Positions 1 to 9,233 of a stretch of DNA of 29,947 nucleotides are shown here, one piece after another; the stretch's first letter is position 1, and each line of letters opens with the position of its first letter. Below the pieces are notes generated by a model. That model was not told the origin of the DNA. It saw only the letters and a program-made list of their open reading frames with translations, and searched no databases. This stretch comes from a virus: the UHGV virus genome UHGV-0175251; one strand, 5' to 3'. The position numbers and the translations under genes were made by a program.

Positions 1-149
1 GGCGGCCTCAGTCCGGAACAATTTGAAAACCAGAACCTCGCTTAGGCCTGTGTCCATATTACGTGGGTAGGATCAAATTGTCAGAGATTATGAGGTTTTT
101 TTAACCTATGGAATTACCGGAAGGTGCGAAAATTACAAAGTAAGAAGCG

Positions 150-186
150 TTATAGAAGTCCTTCATACAGTGAAGGACTTCTATAA
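150..186. repeat. near-perfect inverted repeat (about 15-bp stem, 5-nt loop) upstream of cos
   Basis: TATAGAAGTCCTTCA (151-165) / TGAAGGACTTCTATA (171-185) pair perfectly around loop TACAG. No T-run follows on the + strand. Confidence 0.5.
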
Positions 187-508
187 TCTTAGAAATAAAA
201 AAACCGGTCATAGGGAGCTACACAGAACCGGTCGGCGAAGATCGCCAATACCACCCATGCATCGATACAACATACTACTGACAATAGCTGCTATTGATGT
301 AAAAGCAATGTTATGCATCGATGAAAATAAAAAACCGGCAGGGGAAATCCATTGAAGATTTGCCGGTGGCAAAAGTAGCCAATGCTTTTATAACCGTAGT
401 CGCAGAGTTATGAAGTGCAACACCGAATGCTGTCGGTATATGACTGAATGGTGTTTCAATGATGTACATCATTCCTACTGTAAATGTAATTAATAATAAC
501 TCTATTTG

Positions 509-705
509 TACGGGTCCTTCCGGTGGGGTGGTCTGCCACGGGGCGGCAGCGGCGCGGATTTTCGCTATTTATGAAAATTTTTCGGGAAAAAGCGTGTCGG
601 TACTTCTCGTGTATAACTCATTGTTTTTTCATCAATCACATCCGTAAAAGGTCCGACATGAAAGTGCCCGAAAAAGACGTTTTTGAGCACTTCCATGTCG
701 GACCC
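509..705 (+). promoter_or_regulatory. cos packaging site of the lambdoid prophage (cosQ-like, cosN-like, cosB)
   Basis: ACGGGTCCTTCCGGTG (509-524) and GGGGCGGCAG (540-549) followed by TTTTCGCTATTTATGAAAATTTT resemble the lambda right end/cosN/left end as I remember it. An 11-bp perfect inverted repeat GGTCCGACATG (650-660) / CATGTCGGACC (694-704) lies just upstream of nu1, in the position of cosB R sites. Confidence 0.7.
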
Positions 706-728
706 TGCATTTGATATGGAAATGTTTT

Positions 729-1277
729 ATGAAGGTTAATAAAAAGAAGCTCGCGGAAATTTTCAACGTGGATCCACGAACGATTGAACGCTGGCAGTCT
801 CAGGGGCTCTCTTGTGTCTCTGGTGGTAGTAAGGGGGTTGAATCTGTATTTGATACCGCCATGGCAATTCAGTGGTATGCGCAGCGCGAAGCCGATATTG
901 AAAACGAAAAACTCCGCAAAGAGACCGAGGATTTGCGTGCGGCTGCGGAATCAGATTTACAACCCGGCACCATTGACTATGAGCGCTACCGACTCACAAA
1001 AGCACAGGCTGATGCACAGGAACTGAAAAATGCCCGCGAAGAAGGGCTGGTACTGGAAACGGAATTGTTTACCTTCATTCTGCAACGTGTGGCACAGGAG
1101 ATTTCGGGGATACTTGTACGTGTGCCGCTGACATTACAGCGTAAATATCCGGATATTTCACCGTCACACCTTGATGTGGTGAAAACTGAAATCGCAAAAG
1201 CCTCCAACGTTGCAGCTAAAGCTGGTGAGAACGTAGGCGGGTGGATTGATGATTTCAGACGCACAGAAGGCAGCTAA
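729..1277 (+). CDS. nu1: terminase small subunit (lambda Nu1 homolog)
   Basis: Translation [26 protein letters not shown]...[29 protein letters not shown] aligns by eye with lambda Nu1 (N-terminal HTH, DLQPGTIEYER motif). ATG at 729; the ORF-track start at 711 is TTG. Overlaps start of A. Confidence 0.9.
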   Translation: MKVNKKKLAEIFNVDPRTIERWQSQGLSCVSGGSKGVESVFDTAMAIQWYAQREADIENEKLRKETEDLRAAAESDLQPGTIDYERYRLTKAQADAQELKNAREEGLVLETELFTFILQRVAQEISGILVRVPLTLQRKYPDISPSHLDVVKTEIAKASNVAAKAGENVGGWIDDFRRTEGS

Positions 1278-3165
1278 TGCAGCCGGTGCGATAGCAACAG
1301 GGCTTGTATCTCTCAATATTCCGGTACCACTGACGACAGTTCAGTGGGCTGATCAGCATTATTATCTGCCAAAAGAGTCTTCATATACTCCCGGGCAATG
1401 GGAAACACTGCCGTTTCAGGTTGCCATCATGAACAGCATGGGGAATGACCGGATCCGCACCGTTAATCTGATTAAATCGGCGCGTGTTGGTTACACCAAA
1501 ATGCTGTTGGGGGTGGAGGCTTATTTTATTGAACACAAATCCCGTAACAGCCTGCTTTTTCAGCCGACAGATTCTGCGGCAGAAGATTTTATGAAATCCC
1601 ATGTCGAACCAACGATAAGAGACGTTCCTGTATTACTGGAGCTGGCTCCGTGGTTTGGCAGAAAACATCGGGACAACACGCTTACCCTGAAACGTTTCTC
1701 CTCCGGTGTGGGATTCTGGTGTCTGGGCGGAGCTGCTGCCAAAAACTACCGTGAAAAATCTGTGGATGTGGTCTGCTATGACGAACTCTCCTCGTTTGAA
1801 CCGGATGTGGAAAAAGAAGGTTCACCAACTCTGCTTGGCGATAAGCGTATCGAAGGTTCGGTATGGCCTAAATCCATACGCGGCTCAACGCCCAAAATTA
1901 AAGGTTTTTGCCAGATTGAAAAAGCCGCGAACGAATCTGCACATTTTATGCGGTTTTATGTGCCATGCCCTCATTGTGGTGAAGCCCAGTATCTGAAGTT
2001 TGGCGATGATGCGACAACCTTTGGCCTGAAATGGGAGAAGGGCAAGCCGGAGACGGTGTATTACCTGTGTGAACATAATGGCTGCGCGATCCGTCAGTCG
2101 GAACTTGACCAGACCGACGGGCGGTGGATTTGTGACAATACCGGGATGTGGACGCGTGACGGTCTGACATTTTACAGCGCCGGTGATGAGGAAATCCCGC
2201 CACCGCGCTCAATCTCGTACCACATCTGGACGGCATACAGCCCGTTCACCACCTGGGTACAGATTGTTTATGACTGGCTTGATGCACTGAAGGATCCGAA
2301 TGGCGTCAAGACGTTCATTAACACCACGCTGGGGGAGCCTTATGAAGAGGCTGTGGCAGAAAAACTGAGCTTTGAGTTATTGCTGGAAAAAGTCTGCCAC
2401 TATGATGCGCAGGTTCCCCTGCGGGTGGTTTACCTGACCGCAGGGATCGACTCTCAGAAAAACCGTTATGAGATTTATGTCTGGGGCTGGGCTCCTGGCG
2501 AAGAAGCTTTTCTGATTGACAAGCAGATCATCATGGGGAGACCGGAAGATGAGGACACCCTTAAACGCGTTGATGCCGTGATCCGGAAAAAATACCGTCA
2601 TGCAGATGGCACTGAAATTTCCATTTCCCGCGTCTGCTGGGATACCGGTGGTATTGACCAGGACATTGTGTATCAGCGATCCAGAAAACACGGCACTTTT
2701 TTTGTGCTCCCCATCAAAGGGGCGTCGGTGTACGGCAAGCCGGTGATCACCATGCCAAAAAAGCGAAACCAGCGTGGGGTGTTTTTGTGTGAGGTGGGTT
2801 CCGATACCGTCAAGGAAATGCTGTATGCGCGTTTTGCCCTGCCGGTGGTATCTGCCAGTGAAGCCGCACCGTATACCTTCCGTTTTCCGGATAACCCGGA
2901 CATTTTTTCTGATGTTGAAGCTAAACAACTCGTGGCAGAAGAGCTGGTTGAAAAAGTTGTGAACGGGCGGGTGAAACTCCAGTGGGATGCCAGAAAACGG
3001 CGTAATGAAGCTCTGGACTGTCTGGTGTATGCCTATGCAGCGCTGCGCATTTCCGTTCAGCGGTGGCAACTGGATCTGGATGCACTGGCCCGCGCCAGAA
3101 GAGATGAACAGGACGACGATGAAATGACTATTGAAGAAATCGCGGCTGCTCTGAGTGGAGGATAA
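1249..3165 (+). CDS. A: terminase large subunit (lambda gpA homolog)
   Basis: 639-aa ORF; [61 protein letters not shown] and [13 protein letters not shown] motifs match lambda gpA. ATG at 1249. Confidence 0.95.
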   Translation: MISDAQKAANAAGAIATGLVSLNIPVPLTTVQWADQHYYLPKESSYTPGQWETLPFQVAIMNSMGNDRIRTVNLIKSARVGYTKMLLGVEAYFIEHKSRNSLLFQPTDSAAEDFMKSHVEPTIRDVPVLLELAPWFGRKHRDNTLTLKRFSSGVGFWCLGGAAAKNYREKSVDVVCYDELSSFEPDVEKEGSPTLLGDKRIEGSVWPKSIRGSTPKIKGFCQIEKAANESAHFMRFYVPCPHCGEAQYLKFGDDATTFGLKWEKGKPETVYYLCEHNGCAIRQSELDQTDGRWICDNTGMWTRDGLTFYSAGDEEIPPPRSISYHIWTAYSPFTTWVQIVYDWLDALKDPNGVKTFINTTLGEPYEEAVAEKLSFELLLEKVCHYDAQVPLRVVYLTAGIDSQKNRYEIYVWGWAPGEEAFLIDKQIIMGRPEDEDTLKRVDAVIRKKYRHADGTEISISRVCWDTGGIDQDIVYQRSRKHGTFFVLPIKGASVYGKPVITMPKKRNQRGVFLCEVGSDTVKEMLYARFALPVVSASEAAPYTFRFPDNPDIFSDVEAKQLVAEELVEKVVNGRVKLQWDARKRRNEALDCLVYAYAALRISVQRWQLDLDALARARRDEQDDDEMTIEEIAAALSGG

Positions 3166-3168
3166 GTG

Positions 3169-3378
3169 ATGATTTATACGCATGAAATGCTATGCGATGC
3201 CCGCCGGGCGTTACATGAACTGATGATCGGACGTGCTGTGGTTTCCGTCAGCAAGGACGGGCGTCAGGTTCAGTATTCGCGGGCGACAATTGGTGAACTG
3301 CGTCAGTATATTGAAGAGCTGGAAAGTGCGCTGGGTGTATCCGGACGGCGTCGTGGCCCGGCAGGAGTGGGGCTGTGA
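3169..3378 (+). CDS. W: head-tail joining protein (lambda gpW homolog)
   Basis: 69 aa ending RRRGPAGVGL, like lambda gpW (ends RRRGPAGFYV). Sits between A and B as in lambda. Confidence 0.85.
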   Translation: MIYTHEMLCDARRALHELMIGRAVVSVSKDGRQVQYSRATIGELRQYIEELESALGVSGRRRGPAGVGL

Positions 3379-4189
3379 ACGGGGAACTGGTGGATATTCA
3401 TGGGCAGCCTTTACGGCAAAGCATGGGATATTCTGGTGGTGGTTCCGGGTTCGGTGGGCAAATGGCAGAATGGCTGCCTGCACCGGAAAGTGCCGACGTG
3501 GCGCTCTTACCTTCCATTCATCTGGGTAACGCCCGCGCGGATGAGCTGGTCCGTAACAACGGTATTGCATCGAATGCAGTGGAAATTCATAAGGATCATA
3601 TTGTCGGGCACATGTTTCGTCTGAGTTACCGTCCCAACTGGCGCTGGCTGGGGATGTCGGAAGCAGATTCACATGCTTTTATTGAAGATGTTGAGGCGGC
3701 GTGGATGGAATACTGCGATCCGGTGTTTGGTACGATGGATGTGGAAGGGCGTCGTTCGTTTACCGAATTTATTCGTGAAGGGGTGGGGGTCCATACGTTT
3801 AACGGTGAAATTTTTGTCCAGCCCGTATGGGATGCGGAATCCACGTCATTATTCCGGACGAAATTCAAAACCATCAGCCCGAAGCGTGTCAGTACACCCG
3901 GTTATGGTACCGGCGATCGTTTTATGCGTGCCGGGGTGGAAATAAACCGACACGGAAAAGCGCTGGCCTACCATGTTCAGGATGATGACTGGCCCGGCTA
4001 CGGTGTCAGTAAATGGACACGAATTACGGCAACACTGCCTTCCGGACGACCGGGAATGATCCATGTGTTTCAGCCACAGGAAGACGGGCAGACCCGCGGG
4101 GCCAACCAGTTTTATTCTGTAATGGAGCGTCTCAAGATGCTCGACACACTGCAGGCCACGCAACTGCAGTCGGCGGTGGTTCGCGCCAT
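3375..4189 (+). CDS. B: portal protein (lambda gpB homolog), 5' segment; gene interrupted by the insertion at 4190
   Basis: GYSGGGSGFGG, GNARADELVRNNG, FNGEIFVQ and HVFQPQEDGQTRGANQFYSVMERLKMLDTLQATQLQSAVVRA match the lambda portal. Homology stops after codon RA at 4187; the frame then reads 17 unrelated codons to a stop at 4241. GTG start overlapping the W stop. Confidence 0.9.
4183..4189. repeat. left junction 7-bp direct repeat GCGCCAT (candidate attL overlap/core)
   Basis: The same 7 bp recurs at 15010-15016, exactly where portal homology stops and resumes. Flanking bases differ on both sides. Confidence 0.7.
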
Positions 4190-4317
4190 TTATGTCTATT
4201 ATCTCCCCGTAGTTGTCGCCACCATTCATCAACTCCACTAAAACCCTTGATATGTCTGGAATGTCGTTTTTTGTATTTATGATGACCGTTCATTACCTTT
4301 CGTGTTTTTCGCGGTTT

Positions 4318-4371
4318 TGTGTATTGCAATGTGTATTGCAAGTTGGCGTTTGGATGGGGTGTGTATTGCAA
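4318..4371. repeat. integrase arm-type repeats (left arm): three copies of TGTGTATTGCAA
   Basis: TGTGTATTGCAA at 4318-4329, 4330-4341 and 4360-4371. The 19-mer GTATTGCAATGTGTATTGC (4321-4339) is identical to 14916-14934 near the other end. Confidence 0.65.
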
Positions 4372-4390
4372 ATTGACGTGTAGGCTACAT

Positions 4391-5632
4391 ATGGCTATCG
4401 AGAATAAACTGACTGACAAACTTCTGAAAAGTCTTGCAGGTAAGCCGCAGGACAGACAAAAAATCATGGCTGATGGGCGGGGGCTATCTGTTCGTGTAAG
4501 CGTGGTTGGGGGAATTAGTTTCGTTTTTTACTATCGTATTGGCGGCAGGGATGCCCCTCCGGTATGGCTGACCCTTGGGCGTTATCCTGATATGTCTCTG
4601 GCAGCCGCCAGGAGATTACGCGACCAGTGCCGTGAATGGCTGGCGGAAAATCTGGATCCTCGCAGACAAATAAAACTTGTAGCTGAAAAAAACATGCGCC
4701 CTGTAACTGTAAGGGATGCGGTGCTTTACTGGTACGATAATCACGCCAGGACAGCCAGAAAGCAGCATGAGTATTTAATAAAAAGATTTGAAAAGCATAT
4801 TTTTCCATATATCGGAGATATGGCTATAGAACAGTGCAAATTGCATACCTGGCTTACTGTATTTGACAGAATTAAAAAAAATGCTCCTGTTATGTCTGGT
4901 GCTATTTTTCTTGATATTAAACAGGCGTTACGTTTTTGCCGTATCAGGCAATACATTAGTTGCGATCCATTCGGTGATATTAACGTTAGTTATGTTGGAC
5001 GTTCAGCAGGCATAAGGGATCGTGTTCTGAGTATTAATGAAGCCGCTGACGTATGGTCTTATGCCTATGGCAACAATTTACTTACCCTTTCATCAATACA
5101 TAACCGAAGAATTATGGTTATCTGCCTGGTGTTTGGTTGCCGTCAGCAGGAGGCGCGGTTATCCACTTGGGAAGAATGGGATTTAAAAAACTGGATTTGG
5201 ACAGTTCCAAAAGAGCACAGCAAGAACGGCGAGGTTATTGTAAGACCAGTCCCTGATGGAATAAAACAATGGGTTATTAATCTTTATGCGGAAACAAAGC
5301 ACCGGGATTGTGTTATCGGTAGATCACTGAAGCGAGCGACAATAACAGGAGCAGCAAGCCGGATATGCAGGCGGCTAGGGCATGATGTAAATGGTCTGTG
5401 GTGCATACATGATTTCAGGCGTACATTTTCAACAATGCTTAACGATATGGGTGCCGATCCTTATATTGTAGAGCTTCTGCTTGGTCATAAAGTTAAAGGT
5501 GTGGCGGGTGTTTATAATAAAAGCAAGCATGCAAAGAAAAAACTTGAGGTTCTTAATATGTGGGTTAATTACCTTAACACGATAGCCGGATTTAATAATA
5601 ACGTTATTGAACTGAGTAAAGAGGTTGTTTGA
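4391..5632 (+). CDS. int: tyrosine site-specific integrase (P4-type)
   Basis: 413 aa from ATG 4391. N-terminal arm-binding-like region (LTDKLLKSL...GRGLSVRVSVVGGISFVFYYRIGGR...LTLGRYPDMSLAAARR) and C-terminal catalytic motifs (HDFRRTF, LLGHK, VAGVYNK with the tyrosine). Confidence 0.9.
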   Translation: MAIENKLTDKLLKSLAGKPQDRQKIMADGRGLSVRVSVVGGISFVFYYRIGGRDAPPVWLTLGRYPDMSLAAARRLRDQCREWLAENLDPRRQIKLVAEKNMRPVTVRDAVLYWYDNHARTARKQHEYLIKRFEKHIFPYIGDMAIEQCKLHTWLTVFDRIKKNAPVMSGAIFLDIKQALRFCRIRQYISCDPFGDINVSYVGRSAGIRDRVLSINEAADVWSYAYGNNLLTLSSIHNRRIMVICLVFGCRQQEARLSTWEEWDLKNWIWTVPKEHSKNGEVIVRPVPDGIKQWVINLYAETKHRDCVIGRSLKRATITGAASRICRRLGHDVNGLWCIHDFRRTFSTMLNDMGADPYIVELLLGHKVKGVAGVYNKSKHAKKKLEVLNMWVNYLNTIAGFNNNVIELSKEVV

Positions 5633-5633
5633 T

Positions 5634-5891
5634 ATGTCAGTTTATTCACTTGTTGATGAAAAAGATTTTACTGCAATGCCGGATATTGATCGTGTCATTC
5701 GTGAAAAAGAATGCGTGGCACTTACTACGCTGGCAAATTCAACACGCTGGAAACTGGAAAAGACAGGTAAGTTCCCAAAACGTATTAAGATTGGTGAACG
5801 TGCCGCTGGCTATCGTCTCTCGGAGATTCAGGCGTGGATCCGTGGCGATTGGCACCCAGGATGGAAACCGGAAAAAACAAAACAGCAATAA
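5634..5891 (+). CDS. alpA: AlpA-family HTH regulator (possible excisionase)
   Basis: 85 aa, 1 nt after the int stop, GAGG SD. LANSTRWKLEKTGKFPKRIKIGERAAGYRLSEIQAWIR resembles the AlpA family. Confidence 0.7.
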   Translation: MSVYSLVDEKDFTAMPDIDRVIREKECVALTTLANSTRWKLEKTGKFPKRIKIGERAAGYRLSEIQAWIRGDWHPGWKPEKTKQQ

Positions 5892-5907
5892 CCAGGAGAT
5901 AAACACA

Positions 5908-5932
5908 GCCCCGCTCAATGCGGGGTTTTTTG
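5908..5932 (+). terminator. rho-independent terminator after alpA
   Basis: GCCCCGC / TCAAT / GCGGGG hairpin followed by TTTTTT. Confidence 0.75.
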
Positions 5933-5950
5933 TATGTGAGGTAAAAAGCG

Positions 5951-6529
5951 ATGAATAAAAATATTGCCGTGACGGGCAAAGGTGACGCTCGTCTAGTAAA
6001 AAAATTCTGTGATATTCGTGATCTGGTCGTTCTGCGCTTTGATGGTGTGAACGTTCGCGTGGTGTATCTGAACGGCGATCCGTGGTTTGTTGCAGTTGAC
6101 GTGTGCGCTGCGCTGGAAATTGTTGATCACAAGGTTGCGTTACGCCGTCTCGATGATGATGAAAAGGGGGAGTGTTTAATACCCACCCTTGGCGGAAATC
6201 AAACAATGCGAACTGTATGCGAGTCAGGTTTCTACAAACTAATAGCCCGTAGCCGCAAAGCAACGACGCCTGGCACGTTCGCCCATCGTTTCAGTAACTG
6301 GGTATTCAGAAATGTGATACCGGGTATCAGAAAAACGGGGGCTTATGGTATCCCGTGGGGCGCATTACAGGATTTTTCCCGCCGTAAAGAGCAATATCAG
6401 ATAAGTGCCAGCGAGAAGGGGAGGGAGCTACAGGCATGTAAGCGCAAAAAGCGTGAGCTGGAGGAAGAAGAAAAAAGGCTGATACGTGAATATCAGCCTG
6501 AGTTTTACTTTGGTGAGCGTATTCAGTAA
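5951..6529 (+). CDS. Bro-N domain protein (antirepressor-like)
   Basis: 192 aa; N-terminus LRFDGVNVRVVYLNGDPWFVAVDVCAALEI has the Bro-N / phage antirepressor signature; C-terminus charged. GAGGT SD before the ATG. Confidence 0.7.
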   Translation: MNKNIAVTGKGDARLVKKFCDIRDLVVLRFDGVNVRVVYLNGDPWFVAVDVCAALEIVDHKVALRRLDDDEKGECLIPTLGGNQTMRTVCESGFYKLIARSRKATTPGTFAHRFSNWVFRNVIPGIRKTGAYGIPWGALQDFSRRKEQYQISASEKGRELQACKRKKRELEEEEKRLIREYQPEFYFGERIQ

Positions 6530-6810
6530 CCACTCGCAGTGCTGATTATACGGTACATCGTGTTAACCGGGAAGCTACCCACCAGCAAGGCAAAATCTTC
6601 TGCTAAAAAATGATATATGGTCAGCCGTCCGGAAAGCATGAAATTTTACAAAAATGGAAAATGAAGATTTTTATTGTGCTGGTGGGTAAAAACAAAAAGC
6701 GCCCCGTTGCCGGAGCGCCTTTGTGAACAATTAACCTACTGCGCAAAAAATGAATCTGAGCAGTGGGATTATATCAACCGTGTGACGAAGCGCCACAATT
6801 GCCGGATAAC

Positions 6811-6842
6811 AGGCAAAACAAAGGCCACCCGCTACGGTGGCC
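6811..6842 (-). terminator. candidate intrinsic terminator for the leftward small-gene operon
   Basis: GGCCACC / CGCTAC / GGTGGCC perfect 7-bp stem; on the minus strand it is followed by TTTGTTTTG. Confidence 0.5.
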
Positions 6843-6960
6843 CTTCAACACAAGCTACACGTTATCCCCAACGCATGAGCATCACCAACAATGCCACATT
6901 TGCGGCTGGTGGGCAAAGCTTTAGCGGAATTTTTTCCCTGTTGCCTGGAGTGGGTAATGA

Positions 6961-7143
6961 TTACTTGTATCGCTTATTCCTGCACAAAACAGGGCTGCTC
7001 TTTTTGATGAAATCCTCAAGCAAAAAACACTCTGTTGATGCTCTTGGTAATTCTCTGGTGGAAGGATGGGGTTTTATCCCCCATTTTCGTTTACGTTCTT
7101 CCAGAAAGGAGGTGAGTATATCTAGTTTCTGTGCGTCCATCAT
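6961..7143 (-). CDS. hypothetical small protein (60 aa)
   Basis: Third ORF in a leftward series with regular 57-bp spacing; weak SD; no recognisable homology. Confidence 0.3.
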   Translation of the reverse strand: MMDAQKLDILTSFLEERKRKWGIKPHPSTRELPRASTECFLLEDFIKKSSPVLCRNKRYK

Positions 7144-7200
7144 TTTTCTCTTGGATACTTCTTTGTGCCATGGATCCTCACACCACGGCGCTGATAGTGG

Positions 7201-7398
7201 TTATTTCTGCTCTTCAACATCACCATGTCGTGATGTTTTCCAGGTATGCGACCCCATTTTTGTGCGCCTGTACTCTTTTAAGAACTTCTCAAGGCCAAAC
7301 GCACATGGCGCGAATCTCTCCTGTTCTTGTTCGCTTACCGCGTTTTTGCGTTGTTTTTTCCTGGATGAAGATAATTTCTTTAATGATTTGTCAGTCAT
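7201..7398 (-). CDS. hypothetical small basic protein (65 aa)
   Basis: Second ORF of the leftward series (MTDKSLKKLSSSRKKQRKNAV...); no recognisable homology. Confidence 0.35.
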   Translation of the reverse strand: MTDKSLKKLSSSRKKQRKNAVSEQEQERFAPCAFGLEKFLKEYRRTKMGSHTWKTSRHGDVEEQK

Positions 7399-7455
7399 CG
7401 TAGATACCTGTAACCCAGTGCGCCACAGTTCACCGCACCACGGCGCTGGTGATGG

Positions 7456-7635
7456 TTACTCCTGCTCTTTGGCCTTGCGACGCTGGCGGCGTTTGATCTC
7501 GCCTTGCATTGACGCAATGATGAATTGTGATGTGCTTTCGCCTGATTCTTTCACTGATTCCATGGCGTTTACTATTTCGTGTGGTACACGAGCCTTTAGA
7601 GCTTGTGATTTTGCGTTTGTTGTACCCGTTGCCAT
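7456..7635 (-). CDS. putative ribbon-helix-helix DNA-binding protein (candidate repressor)
   Basis: 59 aa from ATG at 7635-7633 with GAGG SD. ALKARVPHEIVNAMESVKE...TSQFIIASMQGEI fits a strand-helix-helix pattern. Transcribed divergently from the rightward operon. Confidence 0.5.
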   Translation of the reverse strand: MATGTTNAKSQALKARVPHEIVNAMESVKESGESTSQFIIASMQGEIKRRQRRKAKEQE

Positions 7636-7639
7636 TTCT

Positions 7640-7740
7640 ATTCCTCTGGTGGATTGGTGGGGAACAGTATACACAGAAAAAACACAAATAAAACTCTTGA
7701 CGTGGACCACACCTAAAACATATAGTGGGCCACACCTTAA
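7640..7740. promoter_or_regulatory. divergent promoter/operator region of the element
   Basis: Rightward TTGACG (7697-7702) and TATAGT (7721-7726), 18-bp spacer. Direct repeats TGGACCACACCT (7703-7714) and TGGGCCACACCT (7725-7736) overlap it. Leftward -10 TATACT on the minus strand around 7657-7662 precedes the RHH gene. Confidence 0.55.
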
Positions 7741-7834
7741 AATTATCAAGGCGCATAAATGCAAAGCCCCGCAAGTGTCGTTACCACTCGCAGGGCTTCT
7801 AACCACCAACGATAGAAAGAGTATCGAGGTAGCT

Positions 7835-8038
7835 ATGAGAAATCATACCACACACCCGCAAGGGCGGGACTCGCACAACCTGAATAAATACATCTGGCGT
7901 TTTATCGCCCTGAGCACGGCACAACCGCGCGTGATTACCATCGAGGCCACCAGCGAACAGGAAGCACGCCAGCAATCTCCGGCTGGCTGCGTGATGGTAT
8001 TCGCCGCCCGTATTCGCCAGGAGGTGCGCCATGATTAA
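7835..8038 (+). CDS. hypothetical protein (possibly Icd-like)
   Basis: 67 aa, first gene after the rightward promoter, GAGG SD. KYIWRFIALSTAQP...FAARIRQEVRH resembles Icd-like proteins of P4-type elements from memory only. Confidence 0.45.
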   Translation: MRNHTTHPQGRDSHNLNKYIWRFIALSTAQPRVITIEATSEQEARQQSPAGCVMVFAARIRQEVRHD

Positions 8039-8243
8039 CCTGTCACTTACCGACCTTAACCGCATTCAGTTTCGTGAGAAATTTACCGGGCAGTTGTTGG
8101 TTAATGTGGATAAAGGTCGCGTGGTGTGTAATTACCACCTGCCAGATGAAGCAATTGTCGCAACAAGGGAATCATTACAGGAACTCGCAGAGCGTGCCGG
8201 AATGATTAACGCGAATATTCAGGGGGTGAGACATGTGCAATAA
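8031..8243 (+). CDS. hypothetical protein (70 aa)
   Basis: ATG overlaps the upstream stop (translational coupling); part of the operon. Confidence 0.45.
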   Translation: MINLSLTDLNRIQFREKFTGQLLVNVDKGRVVCNYHLPDEAIVATRESLQELAERAGMINANIQGVRHVQ

Positions 8244-8496
8244 CCCCCGTCCGGACGCAGCCGCCGAAGCTATCAGAACGCTGATGCACGCGCTGATTGA
8301 TATTTCATGCACGGCAGCAACCGCAGAAAAACACATTACCATAGAGCCGGAATATACAGGGGCAATAATCCCGCATTCGCTGGCATACGCACAGCTTACC
8401 GCTGATATGGCACTGAATGAGGCCAAAGCTATCCTGATTGCTGATTGTGAAAATGGGGGGGGGTGGTTATGCGTGATGATCGTTTTAATGCCCTGA
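8233..8496 (+). CDS. hypothetical protein (87 aa)
   Basis: AGGGGG SD; overlaps neighbours; no recognisable homology. Confidence 0.4.
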   Translation: MCNNPRPDAAAEAIRTLMHALIDISCTAATAEKHITIEPEYTGAIIPHSLAYAQLTADMALNEAKAILIADCENGGGWLCVMIVLMP

Positions 8497-8702
8497 AACA
8501 GGAATTTGATGGCGCACCGGAAGATACAGATATTGCGCTGTTATGTGTTGCTGACATGGTAAAAGCTGCATGTTTTTTACTGGAAACCGCCGAACATTCA
8601 GGAACGGGTAGCGATATTCTCAATATTGCGTCGGACTATGCGGAATATGTGGCAGAGACGCGTTACAGAAGTAAATTCCCGGAGGGGGTGAGCCATGCAT
8701 GA
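8469..8702 (+). CDS. hypothetical protein (77 aa)
   Basis: G-rich SD; first in-frame ATG at 8469 (track start 8463 is GTG). Confidence 0.4.
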   Translation: MRDDRFNALKQEFDGAPEDTDIALLCVADMVKAACFLLETAEHSGTGSDILNIASDYAEYVAETRYRSKFPEGVSHA

Positions 8703-8928
8703 TATTTACAATGACACAGTAGACCATGCATACAGCGCACTTGCTTACAGTGAAAACATGCTTGAAATATTGCGCTTATGGCTTGAAACGCTTGGCGATA
8801 ATGAAAGAGATAAACGCAACAGCAATATTGCAACAGCATTAATAACGCTTCTTGAGCCTGTAATAAATGAACTGCAAGAAATAGACATCTTGCACGACAG
8901 ATATAAAGAGCCACACACCGGAGAATAA
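8695..8928 (+). CDS. hypothetical protein (77 aa)
   Basis: GGAGGGGG SD; start overlaps the upstream stop. Confidence 0.45.
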   Translation: MHDIYNDTVDHAYSALAYSENMLEILRLWLETLGDNERDKRNSNIATALITLLEPVINELQEIDILHDRYKEPHTGE

Positions 8929-8933
8929 AAACC

Positions 8934-9233
8934 ATGAAAAAGAAAAATTCTGGCTTTACTGCCAGCGGCCCCGCTCGGCCTGAAATCCGCCCAGGCGATA
9001 TTTTCCGGGATAACTACGGCGGCACGGTAACGATTAAAAGTATTGCCGGACGGTGCGTTACTTACCGCCGTGATGGGTACAGCTACGACTGCGTGATGCC
9101 TGTTTATCAGTTCCGGCGTGATTTTTCGCTGGTACAGGCCACACCACGCAGACAGCCCACCAGCAACGCAAAGGCACGGGCAAATATTCAGAAAATGAAA
9201 AACATGATTAACGCATTCAGGGGTAAAAAATGA
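8934..9233 (+). CDS. hypothetical protein (99 aa)
   Basis: GGAGAA SD; its stop overlaps the start of the replication gene (ATGA). Confidence 0.45.
   Translation: MKKKNSGFTASGPARPEIRPGDIFRDNYGGTVTIKSIAGRCVTYRRDGYSYDCVMPVYQFRRDFSLVQATPRRQPTSNAKARANIQKMKNMINAFRGKK

Noticed and set aside
170-355. 61-aa + strand ORF upstream of cos
   Set aside because: No ribosome-binding site, no homology, and it overlaps the stem-loop; treated as non-coding.
335-366. CCGGCA...TGCCGG hairpin preceded by an A-run as a minus-strand terminator
   Set aside because: Only a 6-bp stem with a 20-nt loop; too weak to call.
2377-3183. 268-aa minus-strand ORF inside terminase A
   Set aside because: Antisense to the well-supported gpA frame; no recognisable motifs.
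4183-4400. tRNA or tmRNA gene as integration target at either junction
   Set aside because: No cloverleaf-compatible sequence or GGTTCGAATCC-like T-arm near either junction. The target is unambiguously the portal coding sequence.
6674-8038. 454-aa + strand ORF spanning the element regulatory region
   Set aside because: Low-complexity, Cys/Ser/Phe-rich translation. It runs antisense through three minus-strand small ORFs and across the divergent promoter. Only its last 67 codons (7835-8038) look like a gene.
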